Position numbers and translations under genes: made by a program. DNA of 64,000 nucleotides from a virus (taxonomy: Duplodnaviria; Caudoviricetes), in IMG/VR virus record IMGVR_UViG_3300047392_000199, positions 7,164-71,163 of that record, one strand, 5' to 3'. The notes under the pieces were generated by a model. It saw nothing but the letters and a program-made list of their open reading frames with translations. It was not told where the DNA came from and searched no databases. Below are positions 1 to 10,073 of this stretch, one piece after another. Within the stretch, counting starts at the first letter, position 1; every line of letters begins with the position of its first letter.

Positions 1-151
1 ATTTCTCAAAGATACTAAAATGGATAAATATAAAGAACCTATTAAAGATTTAAACGACTTAGTAATGGCCGCTTACATAAACAAAAGTGATTGTTTAACT
101 AAAATAAATGATTACTTTTCAAACTCAATGTTAGATGCGTACTACTTATAA
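1..151 (+). CDS. DNA primase (gp61-like), 3' end only
   Basis: Frame 2 is open from the window start: ...KEPIKDLNDLVMAAYINKSDCLTKINDYFSNSMLDAYYL*. KDLNDL resembles the KDxND C-terminal motif of T4-type primases. Confidence 0.55.
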   Translation, partial: FLKDTKMDKYKEPIKDLNDLVMAAYINKSDCLTKINDYFSNSMLDAYYL

Positions 152-374
152 AAATAGACAGGTTCTAGCTATGATAGAACAAGAATTTGAAGATTTCGAA
201 AAGGACAGAGAAAACAGCAGCAAAGGATTAAAAACTATTGTTGACTTTGGAGTTTCAAAAATTGAATATGATGGTACAACAATTAAAACACAGTTGAAAC
301 CCAAGTTCAAAGCAAAGATTAAAAGCAGTGTTTATATTAAACCTAACTCAGACAGCAAAAACTCGCTGTTTTAA
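135..374 (+). CDS. hypothetical protein (start may be ATG 171)
   Basis: ORF filling the gap between primase and uvsY; no recognisable motif. Confidence 0.45.
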   Translation: MRTTYKNRQVLAMIEQEFEDFEKDRENSSKGLKTIVDFGVSKIEYDGTTIKTQLKPKFKAKIKSSVYIKPNSDSKNSLF

Positions 375-384
375 AATTAAATAA

Positions 385-819
385 ATGGAAGTTGAAACTA
401 AAGTAAATAAATTGCAGCAGTTAGATGAATATCTAGCTACTCAAAGGACTGAATGGACTAGTAAAATTCGAGGTGTTGCAGACGATTTAAAGCATGGTAA
501 CAACCTCCCAGAAGTCTCATCGTACGCATTAAGTTATCGACAAATTTTAGTCGATATGATTGCATCTATTAGTTCTAAAATCAGAACACAAAAAGCAAAA
601 ATAGATCGAGAATATAAATCAGCGTGGGTAGGATATTATCAATATGATTATAAACTATCTGATGGACAACGCGCTAAATTTATTGAGGCTGACTTGTCAG
701 AAGATTATCAAGTACAACAATTATTAGAGATGCAAAGAGATTTCTTTAATGGTTCTGTAAAAACTCTTGATAACATCGGATTCGCAATTAAGAATCGAAT
801 TGACATGAAACAGTTATAA
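385..819 (+). CDS. uvsY: UvsY-like recombination mediator
   Basis: 144 aa helical protein. C-terminus KTLDNIGFAIKNRIDM resembles UvsY (..GFAIK..I); directly upstream of uvsW. Confidence 0.7.
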   Translation: MEVETKVNKLQQLDEYLATQRTEWTSKIRGVADDLKHGNNLPEVSSYALSYRQILVDMIASISSKIRTQKAKIDREYKSAWVGYYQYDYKLSDGQRAKFIEADLSEDYQVQQLLEMQRDFFNGSVKTLDNIGFAIKNRIDMKQL

Positions 820-834
820 AAATATTAGAATGTT

Positions 835-2343
835 TTGGTAATAACATTAACAGACGATAATAGGTTTCTACGAATCGACGAAGCAAGTGAAATTGAAATT
901 GAACAAATTAATTTAAGTCTCACTAAAAGAATTGACGGATGGAGATTCAACCCCTTAGTTAAGAGGGGAGTATGGGATGGTTACGTCTCGTATATTAAAG
1001 ATAATAAATGGATTCCTGTAGGTTTATGGAGATATGTCATGGAAACCTGCAAGGAATACAATTTTGATTTAAAACTAAATGGTATCACCAGATTGTTTGA
1101 TCGAAATATTACAGCCGAAGGATTTGAAACTTGGGCAAATTCATTTTTTGATGGTTATCATCTTCAACCAAGAGACTATCAAATTGACGCATCTTATAAT
1201 ATCCTAAAATTCAGAAAATGTCTTGCTGAATTGGCAACATCTGCTGGTAAAACGATGATTTCGTTTATGACAGTTGCTTATATGTTAGAGAAACAAAAGG
1301 CACAGAAAATCCTTTTTATAGTACCTAATGTTTCACTGGTTGTACAAGCTAGCGAGGACTTTGTTGATTATAATTGGAGAAACCAAGTGAAGATACGTAT
1401 CCAACAGATCTACTCAGGTCAGAAAATTAAACCCAATTCGAATGTCGTAATTGGTACATATCAATCCCTAATTAAAAAAGAAAAAGAATATTTTGATGAC
1501 TTTGACGCAGTTATAGTTGATGAAACACATAAAGCAAAATCACAGTCAATTAAAGATATTCTAGCAAAGTGCAGAAATGCACAATATAAATTTGGTTTAT
1601 CTGGTACAATTCCAAAAGATGGTACTCTAGATAAACTAACACTAATGTCCCAAACCGGTCCGGTAATTACTGAAGTAAAAGCAGCTTTCTTACAACAAGA
1701 AGGACATATTGCTCAGTGCCGAGTTAAGGTTATTGAAATGGATTATGCTCCAGCCGCAACAAAGCAGGCTTTTATGGAGTTAGCACAAAATAGATATGAA
1801 AGCAAAGATGTTTTCCAACTCGAACAAAATTATATCATCAACAACAAAGCACGCCTTGACTTTGTTGTCAACGTTATTTCCAGAATACCAAGGAATTCTC
1901 TTGTACTTTTCCACAGAATCGAACATGGTAAAAAATTATACGATGCTCTTCGCCAACGAAGCCAAAAGAAGGTTTATTATGTTGACGGAGGGACAGATTC
2001 TGATATTCGAGAAGAATACAAAAAGAAAATGGAAGCTGGTGAAGAGATCGTCATCGTTGCCTCTTATGGTACGTTTTCTACCGGAATCTCAATTAAAAAG
2101 ATTCATAGCGTCTTCTTCACAGAATCATTTAAATCAGAAGTCATCATTAGACAATCAATTGGTCGAGGACTTAGACAACATGAGTCCAAAAAAGAGGTAA
2201 TTATTGTAGATTTCGTTGATAATTTATCAACACCTGATTGGGAATGTTACCTATTTAGACACGGTCAAGTTAGACAACAAATCTATAAGCAAGAAAAATT
2301 CAATTTCGACATCAAACAGGTTACATTTGATGGGTCTGAATAA
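835..2343 (+). CDS. uvsW: UvsW-like SF2 DNA helicase
   Basis: Motifs PRDYQ, ATSAGKT, DETH, GLSGT, YGTFSTGISIK, QSIGRGLR. Confidence 0.93.
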   Translation: MVITLTDDNRFLRIDEASEIEIEQINLSLTKRIDGWRFNPLVKRGVWDGYVSYIKDNKWIPVGLWRYVMETCKEYNFDLKLNGITRLFDRNITAEGFETWANSFFDGYHLQPRDYQIDASYNILKFRKCLAELATSAGKTMISFMTVAYMLEKQKAQKILFIVPNVSLVVQASEDFVDYNWRNQVKIRIQQIYSGQKIKPNSNVVIGTYQSLIKKEKEYFDDFDAVIVDETHKAKSQSIKDILAKCRNAQYKFGLSGTIPKDGTLDKLTLMSQTGPVITEVKAAFLQQEGHIAQCRVKVIEMDYAPAATKQAFMELAQNRYESKDVFQLEQNYIINNKARLDFVVNVISRIPRNSLVLFHRIEHGKKLYDALRQRSQKKVYYVDGGTDSDIREEYKKKMEAGEEIVIVASYGTFSTGISIKKIHSVFFTESFKSEVIIRQSIGRGLRQHESKKEVIIVDFVDNLSTPDWECYLFRHGQVRQQIYKQEKFNFDIKQVTFDGSE

Positions 2344-2405
2344 TGGACAAAGTTCATTAAATCATACGAATATATAAGATAAGACTGTAAAAAAATATTA
2401 AAACA

Positions 2406-4388
2406 ATGGAACTAAACAAAATTACATCGTTTAAGACTTTCTCAGAATTAAAATCTCAAAAGGATGCAGTTAAAACTGAGCAAGAAAATAAGACGAAAAG
2501 AGTTAAATCTTTAGAGAAAATCTCTTCTATTTTAGATGAATTGGAAATCAATGATATGTCTGAGTTAGACGAAGAGAAGAAAAAAGCTTTATATGCTAAA
2601 TTATTTAGTGAAGATCGTGCTGAAGAAATTGAAGCAGAAATCGTTGCTAAAGGTAAAGAAAAAGATGAATCTGACGAAGTTGGCGATATTGCTGGTAAAG
2701 GAGTTGCTGATGAAGTTGAAGAGGATAAAGCTGAAGATATCGAAGACGATATTAATAAATTAGGAGAACCTAAAGAGGAAGAGCCTAAAGATGGCGAAGA
2801 ATTAGAATCTGAACTTGATGAGGCTAAAGTTACATTAGATGCAATGGAACCAGACGAAAAAGGTCTAGTTGCTTTTTGTAAGAAAAAAGGCATCAAATGG
2901 AAAATTGTAAATATGAATGGTCCAGCTGCTAATTACCCAGAAGTTGAGTACATTGGTAAAAAGAAGGATCTTGAAACAATGATTCAAGATTTTTGGGGTA
3001 AAGATAGTGGTTTAGAAGAGTTTATTGAAGAATCTATTGTTTCTGAAGCTCGTTCTATTAACAAGATCCAAAATGAATGGACTAAAGTAACAGCTGGTAT
3101 GGCTGAACTTGCTAAACAATGGAAAGCCGCTGAAGGTGATGCAAAAGATGCATTACTTACTAAAATGAAAGAAGAAACTGCTAAGAAAAAAGCTTTAGAA
3201 GCTGAATTAGATGATGCAGTTACTGGTAAAGATAAAGATTTAGAATTAGTAGTTACTGAAGGTAATGCTTTAACTGAAGGTTCTCATGGTATGGCAAAAA
3301 GATTACTTCAAGAAATTATTGATGGTAATACTTCAAGAGCAGAAGGTACTAAAATGTCAAAAGAGTTAGCTGCACATTTTCTAACTTGGGTTGAAAGTTC
3401 TCCATTCGGAAAGAAAAACGGAAACTTACCATTAGATATGTTAATTAAAGCATCATTTAACTGGGGTATTGAAAGAGGTTTAGATCCTAAATTAAAAGGT
3501 GAATTATCAAAATTAAAAGAAACTGTTAAAGAATCTAATGAAATCGAAGAGGGTAATGCTTTTGGAGATGCTGTTAGAAAGGCTAAAGAAGCTGGAGAGA
3601 AGGAATTCGAATTTGACGGTAAGAAATATAAAGTTGAAGAGTCTAAACACAATCCATCTGTTAAAGTGGTTGTAGAATCTGTAAATGAAGCAAAGCAATT
3701 TGATAAAGATTATGCAGATATGGAAACTTCTATTAAAAGAGGTATTGGTTGGATCGATCCAGACTACGTTGGAGATACATGGGAAAATTCATCAGATTCG
3801 ATTGACTTCGAATTAGTTAAAGTTGAACTTTATAAAAGATTATTAAAAGCTGGTCTTTTATGGTATGGCGATGATGAAAAAGAAACTCAAGTTAAATCTC
3901 TAAAAGAATTAGGTATTAAAGAATCAGTTGTTAATGAAGCTGAAATTAAATCTGAAGATGAATTTAAAGATTATGCAATGACTGTTTTGAAAAAGGCATT
4001 TGGTGACGAATTTGATGAAGCTAAAGCTGGAGAAGTAGTTGATGGTATTCTTAAAAAATGTGACGGTGATTTCGGTGCTGCAGTTGGAATGTTAACAAGT
4101 TCTCTTGGAGAATCTGTTACTAACGAAACAATTGATGTTTCATATTGGGAAGATTACAATGATGATACTTCTGGTCATGCAGATCCATCATATGCAACTA
4201 AAGTAAAAGTTTTTGATATTGCATTTGAAGAAGCTGTAGAAACATGGAATGAAGAAGCAGACGGCGAAGAAAATCAAATTGATGACGATCAAGCTAGAAA
4301 GATTGAAAAATTAGCATACGAATTCTATAAGAGAAAAAGATGGATTTCAATCAATATTATTCACGCAATGATCGCACAGGAATCCTAA
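2406..4388 (+). CDS. acidic modular virion/head-internal protein (putative polyprotein)
   Basis: Late-type promoter upstream, N-terminal SFKTFSE, modules separated by ES(V/I)xxE junctions. Confidence 0.55.
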   Translation: MELNKITSFKTFSELKSQKDAVKTEQENKTKRVKSLEKISSILDELEINDMSELDEEKKKALYAKLFSEDRAEEIEAEIVAKGKEKDESDEVGDIAGKGVADEVEEDKAEDIEDDINKLGEPKEEEPKDGEELESELDEAKVTLDAMEPDEKGLVAFCKKKGIKWKIVNMNGPAANYPEVEYIGKKKDLETMIQDFWGKDSGLEEFIEESIVSEARSINKIQNEWTKVTAGMAELAKQWKAAEGDAKDALLTKMKEETAKKKALEAELDDAVTGKDKDLELVVTEGNALTEGSHGMAKRLLQEIIDGNTSRAEGTKMSKELAAHFLTWVESSPFGKKNGNLPLDMLIKASFNWGIERGLDPKLKGELSKLKETVKESNEIEEGNAFGDAVRKAKEAGEKEFEFDGKKYKVEESKHNPSVKVVVESVNEAKQFDKDYADMETSIKRGIGWIDPDYVGDTWENSSDSIDFELVKVELYKRLLKAGLLWYGDDEKETQVKSLKELGIKESVVNEAEIKSEDEFKDYAMTVLKKAFGDEFDEAKAGEVVDGILKKCDGDFGAAVGMLTSSLGESVTNETIDVSYWEDYNDDTSGHADPSYATKVKVFDIAFEEAVETWNEEADGEENQIDDDQARKIEKLAYEFYKRKRWISINIIHAMIAQES

Positions 4389-4406
4389 TAAAATAGAATA
4401 AATATT

Positions 4407-4438
4407 AGACCTGAGTATAAAACACTCAGGTCTTTTTT
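4407..4438 (+). terminator. intrinsic terminator
   Basis: AGACCTGAGT-ATAAAAC-ACTCAGGTCT hairpin followed by a T-run. Confidence 0.75.
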
Positions 4439-4445
4439 GAATATT

Positions 4446-5726
4446 ATGAAACTACACAACTACAACGGATTCTTACTAGAAAAATGGAACTCAAAGTTTC
4501 CATCTTTAGTAATGGAAGGTGGTGCAGCAGGTCACATGATGCACCCATTTGACGATAACTCATTGACCTTCGGAGACATGAAACAATTAATTGATTCTGC
4601 TTTACAGGGTCGTTTGGACTTTGAAGAGGCTCCAACTGAAAAAACAGATGGACAGAATCTATTTGTTACAGTTACTGCGGCAGGTAAAGTTTTATTTGCC
4701 AGAAATAAAGGACAAATGGCTAACCCAATTGATTTAAACTCAATCATTTCGATGTTCAAGGATCACCCATCTGCTGGAGTAAGAGATACATTCACTTACG
4801 CAGCTAGTGACTTAGCAAGTGCATTAGGATCACTAAAGGGATCAGACTTAGAAGACTTTAATGATGGTAAATCATTTATGAACATGGAGTTAATCTATTC
4901 TGGAAATTCAAATGTAATTAATTATGACCGTGATGTTATTCAATTCCATGGTATTGTTCATACTGATGGAGCTGGAAATCAAATAGGTTCTGATTCTAGT
5001 GTAGCTAGAAAAGTACAAGCCGCTCTTAATAAAGTGGAAGCTGACGTACAAAAGACATTTAAAATTATTCCTCCACAAGATTTACAGATTGGAAAAACTG
5101 TAAACTTTGACGAGAAAAAGAAATACTTTTTAGACAAAGTTCAAGCTCTAGAAAATACTTATAAATTATCTGATTCAGATCCTGTATCTAAATACCATGA
5201 AATGTGGTGGACTGAATTAATTGCTAAAACCTTTCCTGATTTAGATACAATTACACAAGCTGGATTGGTACAAAGATGGGCATTTGATGACAAGAAAACA
5301 TTAAACATGCGAGATGTTAGTAAACAAATTGGTGATAGTGAATATAAAAAACTACAGGAATTTGAAAAAACTGATGCTAAAAAGAAATACAAAGAAAACA
5401 TTATGCCATTCGAGAATATCTTTCTTGAATTAGGTTCAGTCGTATTAAAGAATGTTTCAAATTTATTAGCAGCAAACCCAGATCAAGAAATGCAGAGACT
5501 TCACAATCAAATTAGAACTGAAGCTGACAAAATCAAACAAAACGGAGACCTTTCACAAATTTCAAAAGTTGAATCAGAATTGGCACGTTTAGAAAGAATT
5601 GGAGGAATTGATTCAATTATTCCAAGTGAAGGTTTAGTTTTTAAATTTAAAGGTAAATTGTACAAATTAACTGGTACATTCGCTGCAATAAATCAATTAA
5701 TGGGTATTATAAAATACGGAAGATAA
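4446..5726 (+). CDS. ATP-dependent ligase-fold nucleotidyltransferase (RNA-ligase-like)
   Basis: Motif I EKTDGQN, motif IV EGLVF, motif V YKLTG; N-terminal GGAAGHMMHPFD. ATG 4446 preferred over TTG 4437. Confidence 0.6.
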   Translation: MKLHNYNGFLLEKWNSKFPSLVMEGGAAGHMMHPFDDNSLTFGDMKQLIDSALQGRLDFEEAPTEKTDGQNLFVTVTAAGKVLFARNKGQMANPIDLNSIISMFKDHPSAGVRDTFTYAASDLASALGSLKGSDLEDFNDGKSFMNMELIYSGNSNVINYDRDVIQFHGIVHTDGAGNQIGSDSSVARKVQAALNKVEADVQKTFKIIPPQDLQIGKTVNFDEKKKYFLDKVQALENTYKLSDSDPVSKYHEMWWTELIAKTFPDLDTITQAGLVQRWAFDDKKTLNMRDVSKQIGDSEYKKLQEFEKTDAKKKYKENIMPFENIFLELGSVVLKNVSNLLAANPDQEMQRLHNQIRTEADKIKQNGDLSQISKVESELARLERIGGIDSIIPSEGLVFKFKGKLYKLTGTFAAINQLMGIIKYGR

Positions 5727-5727
5727 A

Positions 5728-7581
5728 ATGGCACTACAAAAACTTAGAGATTTCTATCAATCTTCGAACACTGAAGTATTCAATGACTTAATGAAGAATA
5801 AAGTTGTTGTGTCAGAAAAGATAGCAGCACCTTCTCTTTATGTTAGAAGAGGTTTAAATGGTTTTGAATTTTTTAAAAATGGAACCAGTGAAGAACTATC
5901 GATTATTGATAGAACTTTAGTATCTTTGTATGAAACTGCAATTAAATATTTTCAAGGACTTTCTCCTGAAATTAAACAATCTATGCCAATAGATTGGAAA
6001 TTTGGATTTGAATATCTTCCAGAAGGAGATGCGTCTCCTTTAGATTACGATTCAGTTCCATTAAACTATTTAATACTTACTCATATCCAAGTTACCGGAG
6101 ATAATGGTAAGCCAAGAAAGATTATTAATGATACTCATGTCCTAAACAAATGGGCAAAAACTTTTGAAGTTCAACAACCACCAGTTCTTTTTGAAGGAAT
6201 GTTAGATTCAAATCAACAAGCTCAATTAAGAAATTTGGTATCAATGAGTAACGAACAATACCAACAAGAATTCTCTGATAAATCTTTTACAAGAGAAGCA
6301 TTTCATATCTTCAATAGAAATTTATCAAAATCTACATTAAACGATAATTTAGATAAAGAAATCGATGGTTTAATTATCTCATTTGTAGAAGGTACAAAAA
6401 TCAAATCATTTAAAATGGAAGCCTTTGACCGTGTAAATGAGTCAAATGAAGATAGAGAGTCAAGTCATATGTACCAGATCACAATGGTTGACTTATTAGA
6501 ATTCTTAAATGATTACAATTTAGACGAAATTGAATTAAACGAGGAGAACTCGGATTTACGATACATTGAATTAGTTTCAGCTATCTACAATCAATATCTA
6601 AACAAAAATGCATTTAAATATGTTGGAGCTAAATTTGATTCAGCTAGCTTTGCTACTGCAGAATGCTTCCAACTTAATACACAATATATTAAAAACGAAA
6701 CAACATTAAAGTATCTTGAGAACAACGTTCTTTCTGAACTTTATAAAATTGTTGTTGGTAGTTTAAGAAAGAAACGAGTTAAAGAGAGTTCAATTATTAC
6801 TGGACTTTTATTTACTCAATTAAATGAAATCGTAGAAAAGATCGAACAAAAAATCTTTGTTGAAAATTCTGACGAAAATGCAGTATATGATTTTAAAAAT
6901 TATATTATTCATGATCGAGTAGCAAACAGTCAAAAAATTACTGAAGCTCTTAAAGTTGATTATCCATCACAAGGAAAAGAGAAAGTAAATATCTTTGTTG
7001 GTAGATTCCAACCTTTTACTCTAGGACACGTTAAGGTTTTAGAAACTCTTTACAAGCAAAACGGATTCCCAGTTATAGTATTTTTAGTTAAAGCAAAAAC
7101 TGTTAAGAAAGAGGATGCTGTTAAACGTCCTTATGATGTTGAAACACAAATTGAAATGTTTAACAATGTACAAAGAGAATATAAATTCTTAAAGCAAGTT
7201 ATTGTTGTTCCTTCTGCTGCAATTGATGTTATGTTTAATCAACTTAGACCAAATTACGAACCAGTTCTTTGGGGTACTGGAACTGACCGAATGAAAGCAT
7301 ATGGATATATGGTTAATAATGACAAGTATCGTGATGAACTTGGAGTTTTACCAGAATTTGGTTTATATGAAATCCAAAGAGGAGATGATGATATTTCTGC
7401 AACAAAGGTTAGACAATCTTTACTTGATGACAACGTTAAAGAATTTAATAAAATGACCCCAAACTCGCTTCACTCTATGTTTAATGACCTTAAACAAAAA
7501 TTAGAGACTTCTATTGCTAACGAATCAATAGTACATGAAGAAGAGTTTTTAACATTCGAACAATTTATAAACAAGATATAA
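5728..7581 (+). CDS. fusion: degenerate ligase-fold domain + HIGH-family (cytidylyltransferase/NMNAT-like) nucleotidyltransferase
   Basis: C-terminal GRFQPFTLGH and ISATKVR. N-terminal SEKIAAPS / GFEY / EIDGLII / KSFK resemble ligase motifs I, III, IV, V. Confidence 0.65.
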   Translation: MALQKLRDFYQSSNTEVFNDLMKNKVVVSEKIAAPSLYVRRGLNGFEFFKNGTSEELSIIDRTLVSLYETAIKYFQGLSPEIKQSMPIDWKFGFEYLPEGDASPLDYDSVPLNYLILTHIQVTGDNGKPRKIINDTHVLNKWAKTFEVQQPPVLFEGMLDSNQQAQLRNLVSMSNEQYQQEFSDKSFTREAFHIFNRNLSKSTLNDNLDKEIDGLIISFVEGTKIKSFKMEAFDRVNESNEDRESSHMYQITMVDLLEFLNDYNLDEIELNEENSDLRYIELVSAIYNQYLNKNAFKYVGAKFDSASFATAECFQLNTQYIKNETTLKYLENNVLSELYKIVVGSLRKKRVKESSIITGLLFTQLNEIVEKIEQKIFVENSDENAVYDFKNYIIHDRVANSQKITEALKVDYPSQGKEKVNIFVGRFQPFTLGHVKVLETLYKQNGFPVIVFLVKAKTVKKEDAVKRPYDVETQIEMFNNVQREYKFLKQVIVVPSAAIDVMFNQLRPNYEPVLWGTGTDRMKAYGYMVNNDKYRDELGVLPEFGLYEIQRGDDDISATKVRQSLLDDNVKEFNKMTPNSLHSMFNDLKQKLETSIANESIVHEEEFLTFEQFINKI

Positions 7582-8690
7582 TGGCACAAACAAACGGAGA
7601 CATTAGAGCAAGATTTGCTGCAGCGTTATCAGCATTAGAAGAACTTAATGAAGGTTCTGAAATTCCGGTTTCTATCGGTAAAGATGTAATTGGAACAGTA
7701 AAACCAAATGATACTGATACTATTGACCATCTTAAAAGTTTAGTAAATTCATCAGCTTCTAAAGAAGCTGTTATTACCTTTCTTTTAGGAATTGGTTACC
7801 CTGCTGACCAAGCAGAAATATTGTTTACAATTCTTTCTAGAAATAATGATTTAGGATCTTTTGCTAGTTATATTCAAAATAGAACAATAACAATATCAAG
7901 TTTACTTGGTAAAGTTTCTGATGCAAATAGTATTAATTCAAGCATTGGAGTACCTGGAAAAGCATCAGTTGGTTTTTATGGTATGTCATGGAGAACTTCT
8001 CCGCCAATGGGACCTGGAGAAGTATGGTTAAGTACCGTATTAGCAGGTGGTAGAAGACCTAATGGATCTGAAAAAGGAGACGTTATTGTTGATGGTACTG
8101 AATTAGAAGTTAAAGGTCCAAATGGCCGTTTAATCGGTCAAAGTGGATATGGAGACGCTAAGCAAATGAGAGTTCATTTTTATAATGCAATGACAAATAT
8201 TGCTGCTAATTTAGGACATACTGATTTTACTGCAATTGACAGTGGTAAAGATAATTTCTGGAATGTTGGTAAAAAATCTGGAGAAGGAATTGAAACTAAT
8301 TTAAAAGCAATCTCTAAATTAAATAAAGGTTTCTCTTCTAAAGATACATTAATGATTTCTGCTGAAATCATTGGCGCATTTAGAAATTACCTACTTAATT
8401 TAGATGTTTCTAAATATTCTGGAGTATTATCAAATTGTATTGGCAAAGATGGATCTATTAATACTGATAAATGGCATGCTGAAATATTACCAATGTATTT
8501 TGAATATTATCACTCTCATGAGTTATTTAGTTATATAGCTTTCACCTCTAGTAATGGTAAGTTTTTATTAATTGATGCTTCTACATTTAGAGATGCTTAT
8601 AATAGAGGGTTAATTAATTTTACAGCAGCACCAAGTTTTACTAATGGAGCAGGTTCCCAAGGTGGAACTTATGGTATAACTATAAAATAA
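7581..8690 (+). CDS. PD-(D/E)xK restriction-endonuclease-fold protein
   Basis: GPGEVWL...KGDVIVDGTELEVKG gives an E...D...ExK catalytic pattern. Confidence 0.55.
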   Translation: MAQTNGDIRARFAAALSALEELNEGSEIPVSIGKDVIGTVKPNDTDTIDHLKSLVNSSASKEAVITFLLGIGYPADQAEILFTILSRNNDLGSFASYIQNRTITISSLLGKVSDANSINSSIGVPGKASVGFYGMSWRTSPPMGPGEVWLSTVLAGGRRPNGSEKGDVIVDGTELEVKGPNGRLIGQSGYGDAKQMRVHFYNAMTNIAANLGHTDFTAIDSGKDNFWNVGKKSGEGIETNLKAISKLNKGFSSKDTLMISAEIIGAFRNYLLNLDVSKYSGVLSNCIGKDGSINTDKWHAEILPMYFEYYHSHELFSYIAFTSSNGKFLLIDASTFRDAYNRGLINFTAAPSFTNGAGSQGGTYGITIK

Positions 8691-8725
8691 TCTGATATAT
8701 AGAGTATAAAAATAAGAATTTAAGA

Positions 8726-10069
8726 ATGAATTTTGACGATTTTTTACAATCACTTAACGAATCTGAAGCAGTAAATGAAGCTGGAATTGTCCTAAAAAGA
8801 CAATATACTGAAGCTCATCCTGCTAAAACTGCATCTAAAACTGCAGTTATTCGTAATAAAGTTATTGAAGCCATCAAAGATGGTAAATTAACTAAAGAAG
8901 AATTCAACCTAATTTTAACTAAAGTTTCTGAAGATCAGAAGAGATGGTTAAAAAGAAATAACCACTTCTTTAATCTTTCTGAAGATGGTGTTACATTGTC
9001 AAAAGCAGGACTTAAAATCTATAATGAGCTTACAAAAGAAAATAAAATACAAAATAAACCTAGATTTGAAATGAAAAGATTAGTAGAATCATTCTCAGAA
9101 TTTGTTGAGAATAATAAATTAAATGAAGCATTTGCATCTTCAAAGCTTGCAAGTCTTTTGACTGGAGGCGCAAAAATGCCAAAGGATCTTCCAGGTGCAT
9201 TCTATAGTATGTCACAATTAGCACTTGATAAAATTCAAGATATTGATATTATTGAAATGGATCCAGAAACTGCTAAAAAAGAAAAAAGAGCTAACGCTGT
9301 ATATTTTTATTTTACAACAAATGAAAAAGAGAATCCATACACTCAACAAGATTGGGGTACAAGAACAATTCCAGCAAACACTCTATTAGCTATTACTAAT
9401 GGTCAAAATGAATGGATGAATGCTGAATGGTCAAGCAGATATGGTAGATCATCAAGCAAAACTTTAAAAGTAACTAAAAGAGATGATTCTGCTGGTATTT
9501 CAAAATCTTCTGCAAACTCTAGTTATGGTTCTAAAATCTCAAGCTTAAAACAAGTTGTTGAACTTGCTGATAGAGCATATTGTTTAGATTTAGATATTCT
9601 TAGAGCAAGATATTCTACAAGAACTTTAAAAGATGAAAGATACGCTGCTAAAAAAGGAGCTATCGCATTCCAAACTGATAAAGATTTTAAAGCAGAAAAC
9701 TTAAAGAGATACAATGAAATTTTAGCTACTAAAGCAGCCGCATTACCATTAGATTCTCTAGTTGCAAATGCAATTGATACAATCGCTGGTCAAATCAAAG
9801 ATGGTTTAGCTAAAGGTTTAAAAGGAAGATACGATGAACTTATTGTTGGTTTAGATCCAAAAGGAAGAGAAGTTAAAATGAATGATGCTGCAAATCTAAT
9901 GAGAAATATCTTAGATGAATATTCTAGATACGTTGGAGATGCTGCTCAACAAGAAAAAGAAGTAGCTGCAGGTTACGGTGGTTCTTACTACGAAGGTAGC
10001 ATGAAACAACGCGCTAAAAATCTTCAAGATTACATGAAGAAAATTGACAACTTAAACTATGCTTGGTAA
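8726..10069 (+). CDS. putative head-internal protein
   Basis: GATATATA late promoter at 8694; N-terminal MNFDDFLQSLNE and internal MKRLVESFSEFVE peptides. Confidence 0.5.
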   Translation: MNFDDFLQSLNESEAVNEAGIVLKRQYTEAHPAKTASKTAVIRNKVIEAIKDGKLTKEEFNLILTKVSEDQKRWLKRNNHFFNLSEDGVTLSKAGLKIYNELTKENKIQNKPRFEMKRLVESFSEFVENNKLNEAFASSKLASLLTGGAKMPKDLPGAFYSMSQLALDKIQDIDIIEMDPETAKKEKRANAVYFYFTTNEKENPYTQQDWGTRTIPANTLLAITNGQNEWMNAEWSSRYGRSSSKTLKVTKRDDSAGISKSSANSSYGSKISSLKQVVELADRAYCLDLDILRARYSTRTLKDERYAAKKGAIAFQTDKDFKAENLKRYNEILATKAAALPLDSLVANAIDTIAGQIKDGLAKGLKGRYDELIVGLDPKGREVKMNDAANLMRNILDEYSRYVGDAAQQEKEVAAGYGGSYYEGSMKQRAKNLQDYMKKIDNLNYAW

Positions 10070-10073
10070 TAAT

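Noticed and set aside
1796-2200. 134-aa alternative-frame ORF inside uvsW
   Set aside because: Fully nested in a conserved helicase with no recognisable features
2456-3698. Minus-strand Ser/Phe-rich ORFs opposite the acidic protein (and similar ones at 10723, 37609, 41178, 55305, 57666)
   Set aside because: Antisense shadows of GAA/AAA/GAT-rich sense genes; no promoters or motifs
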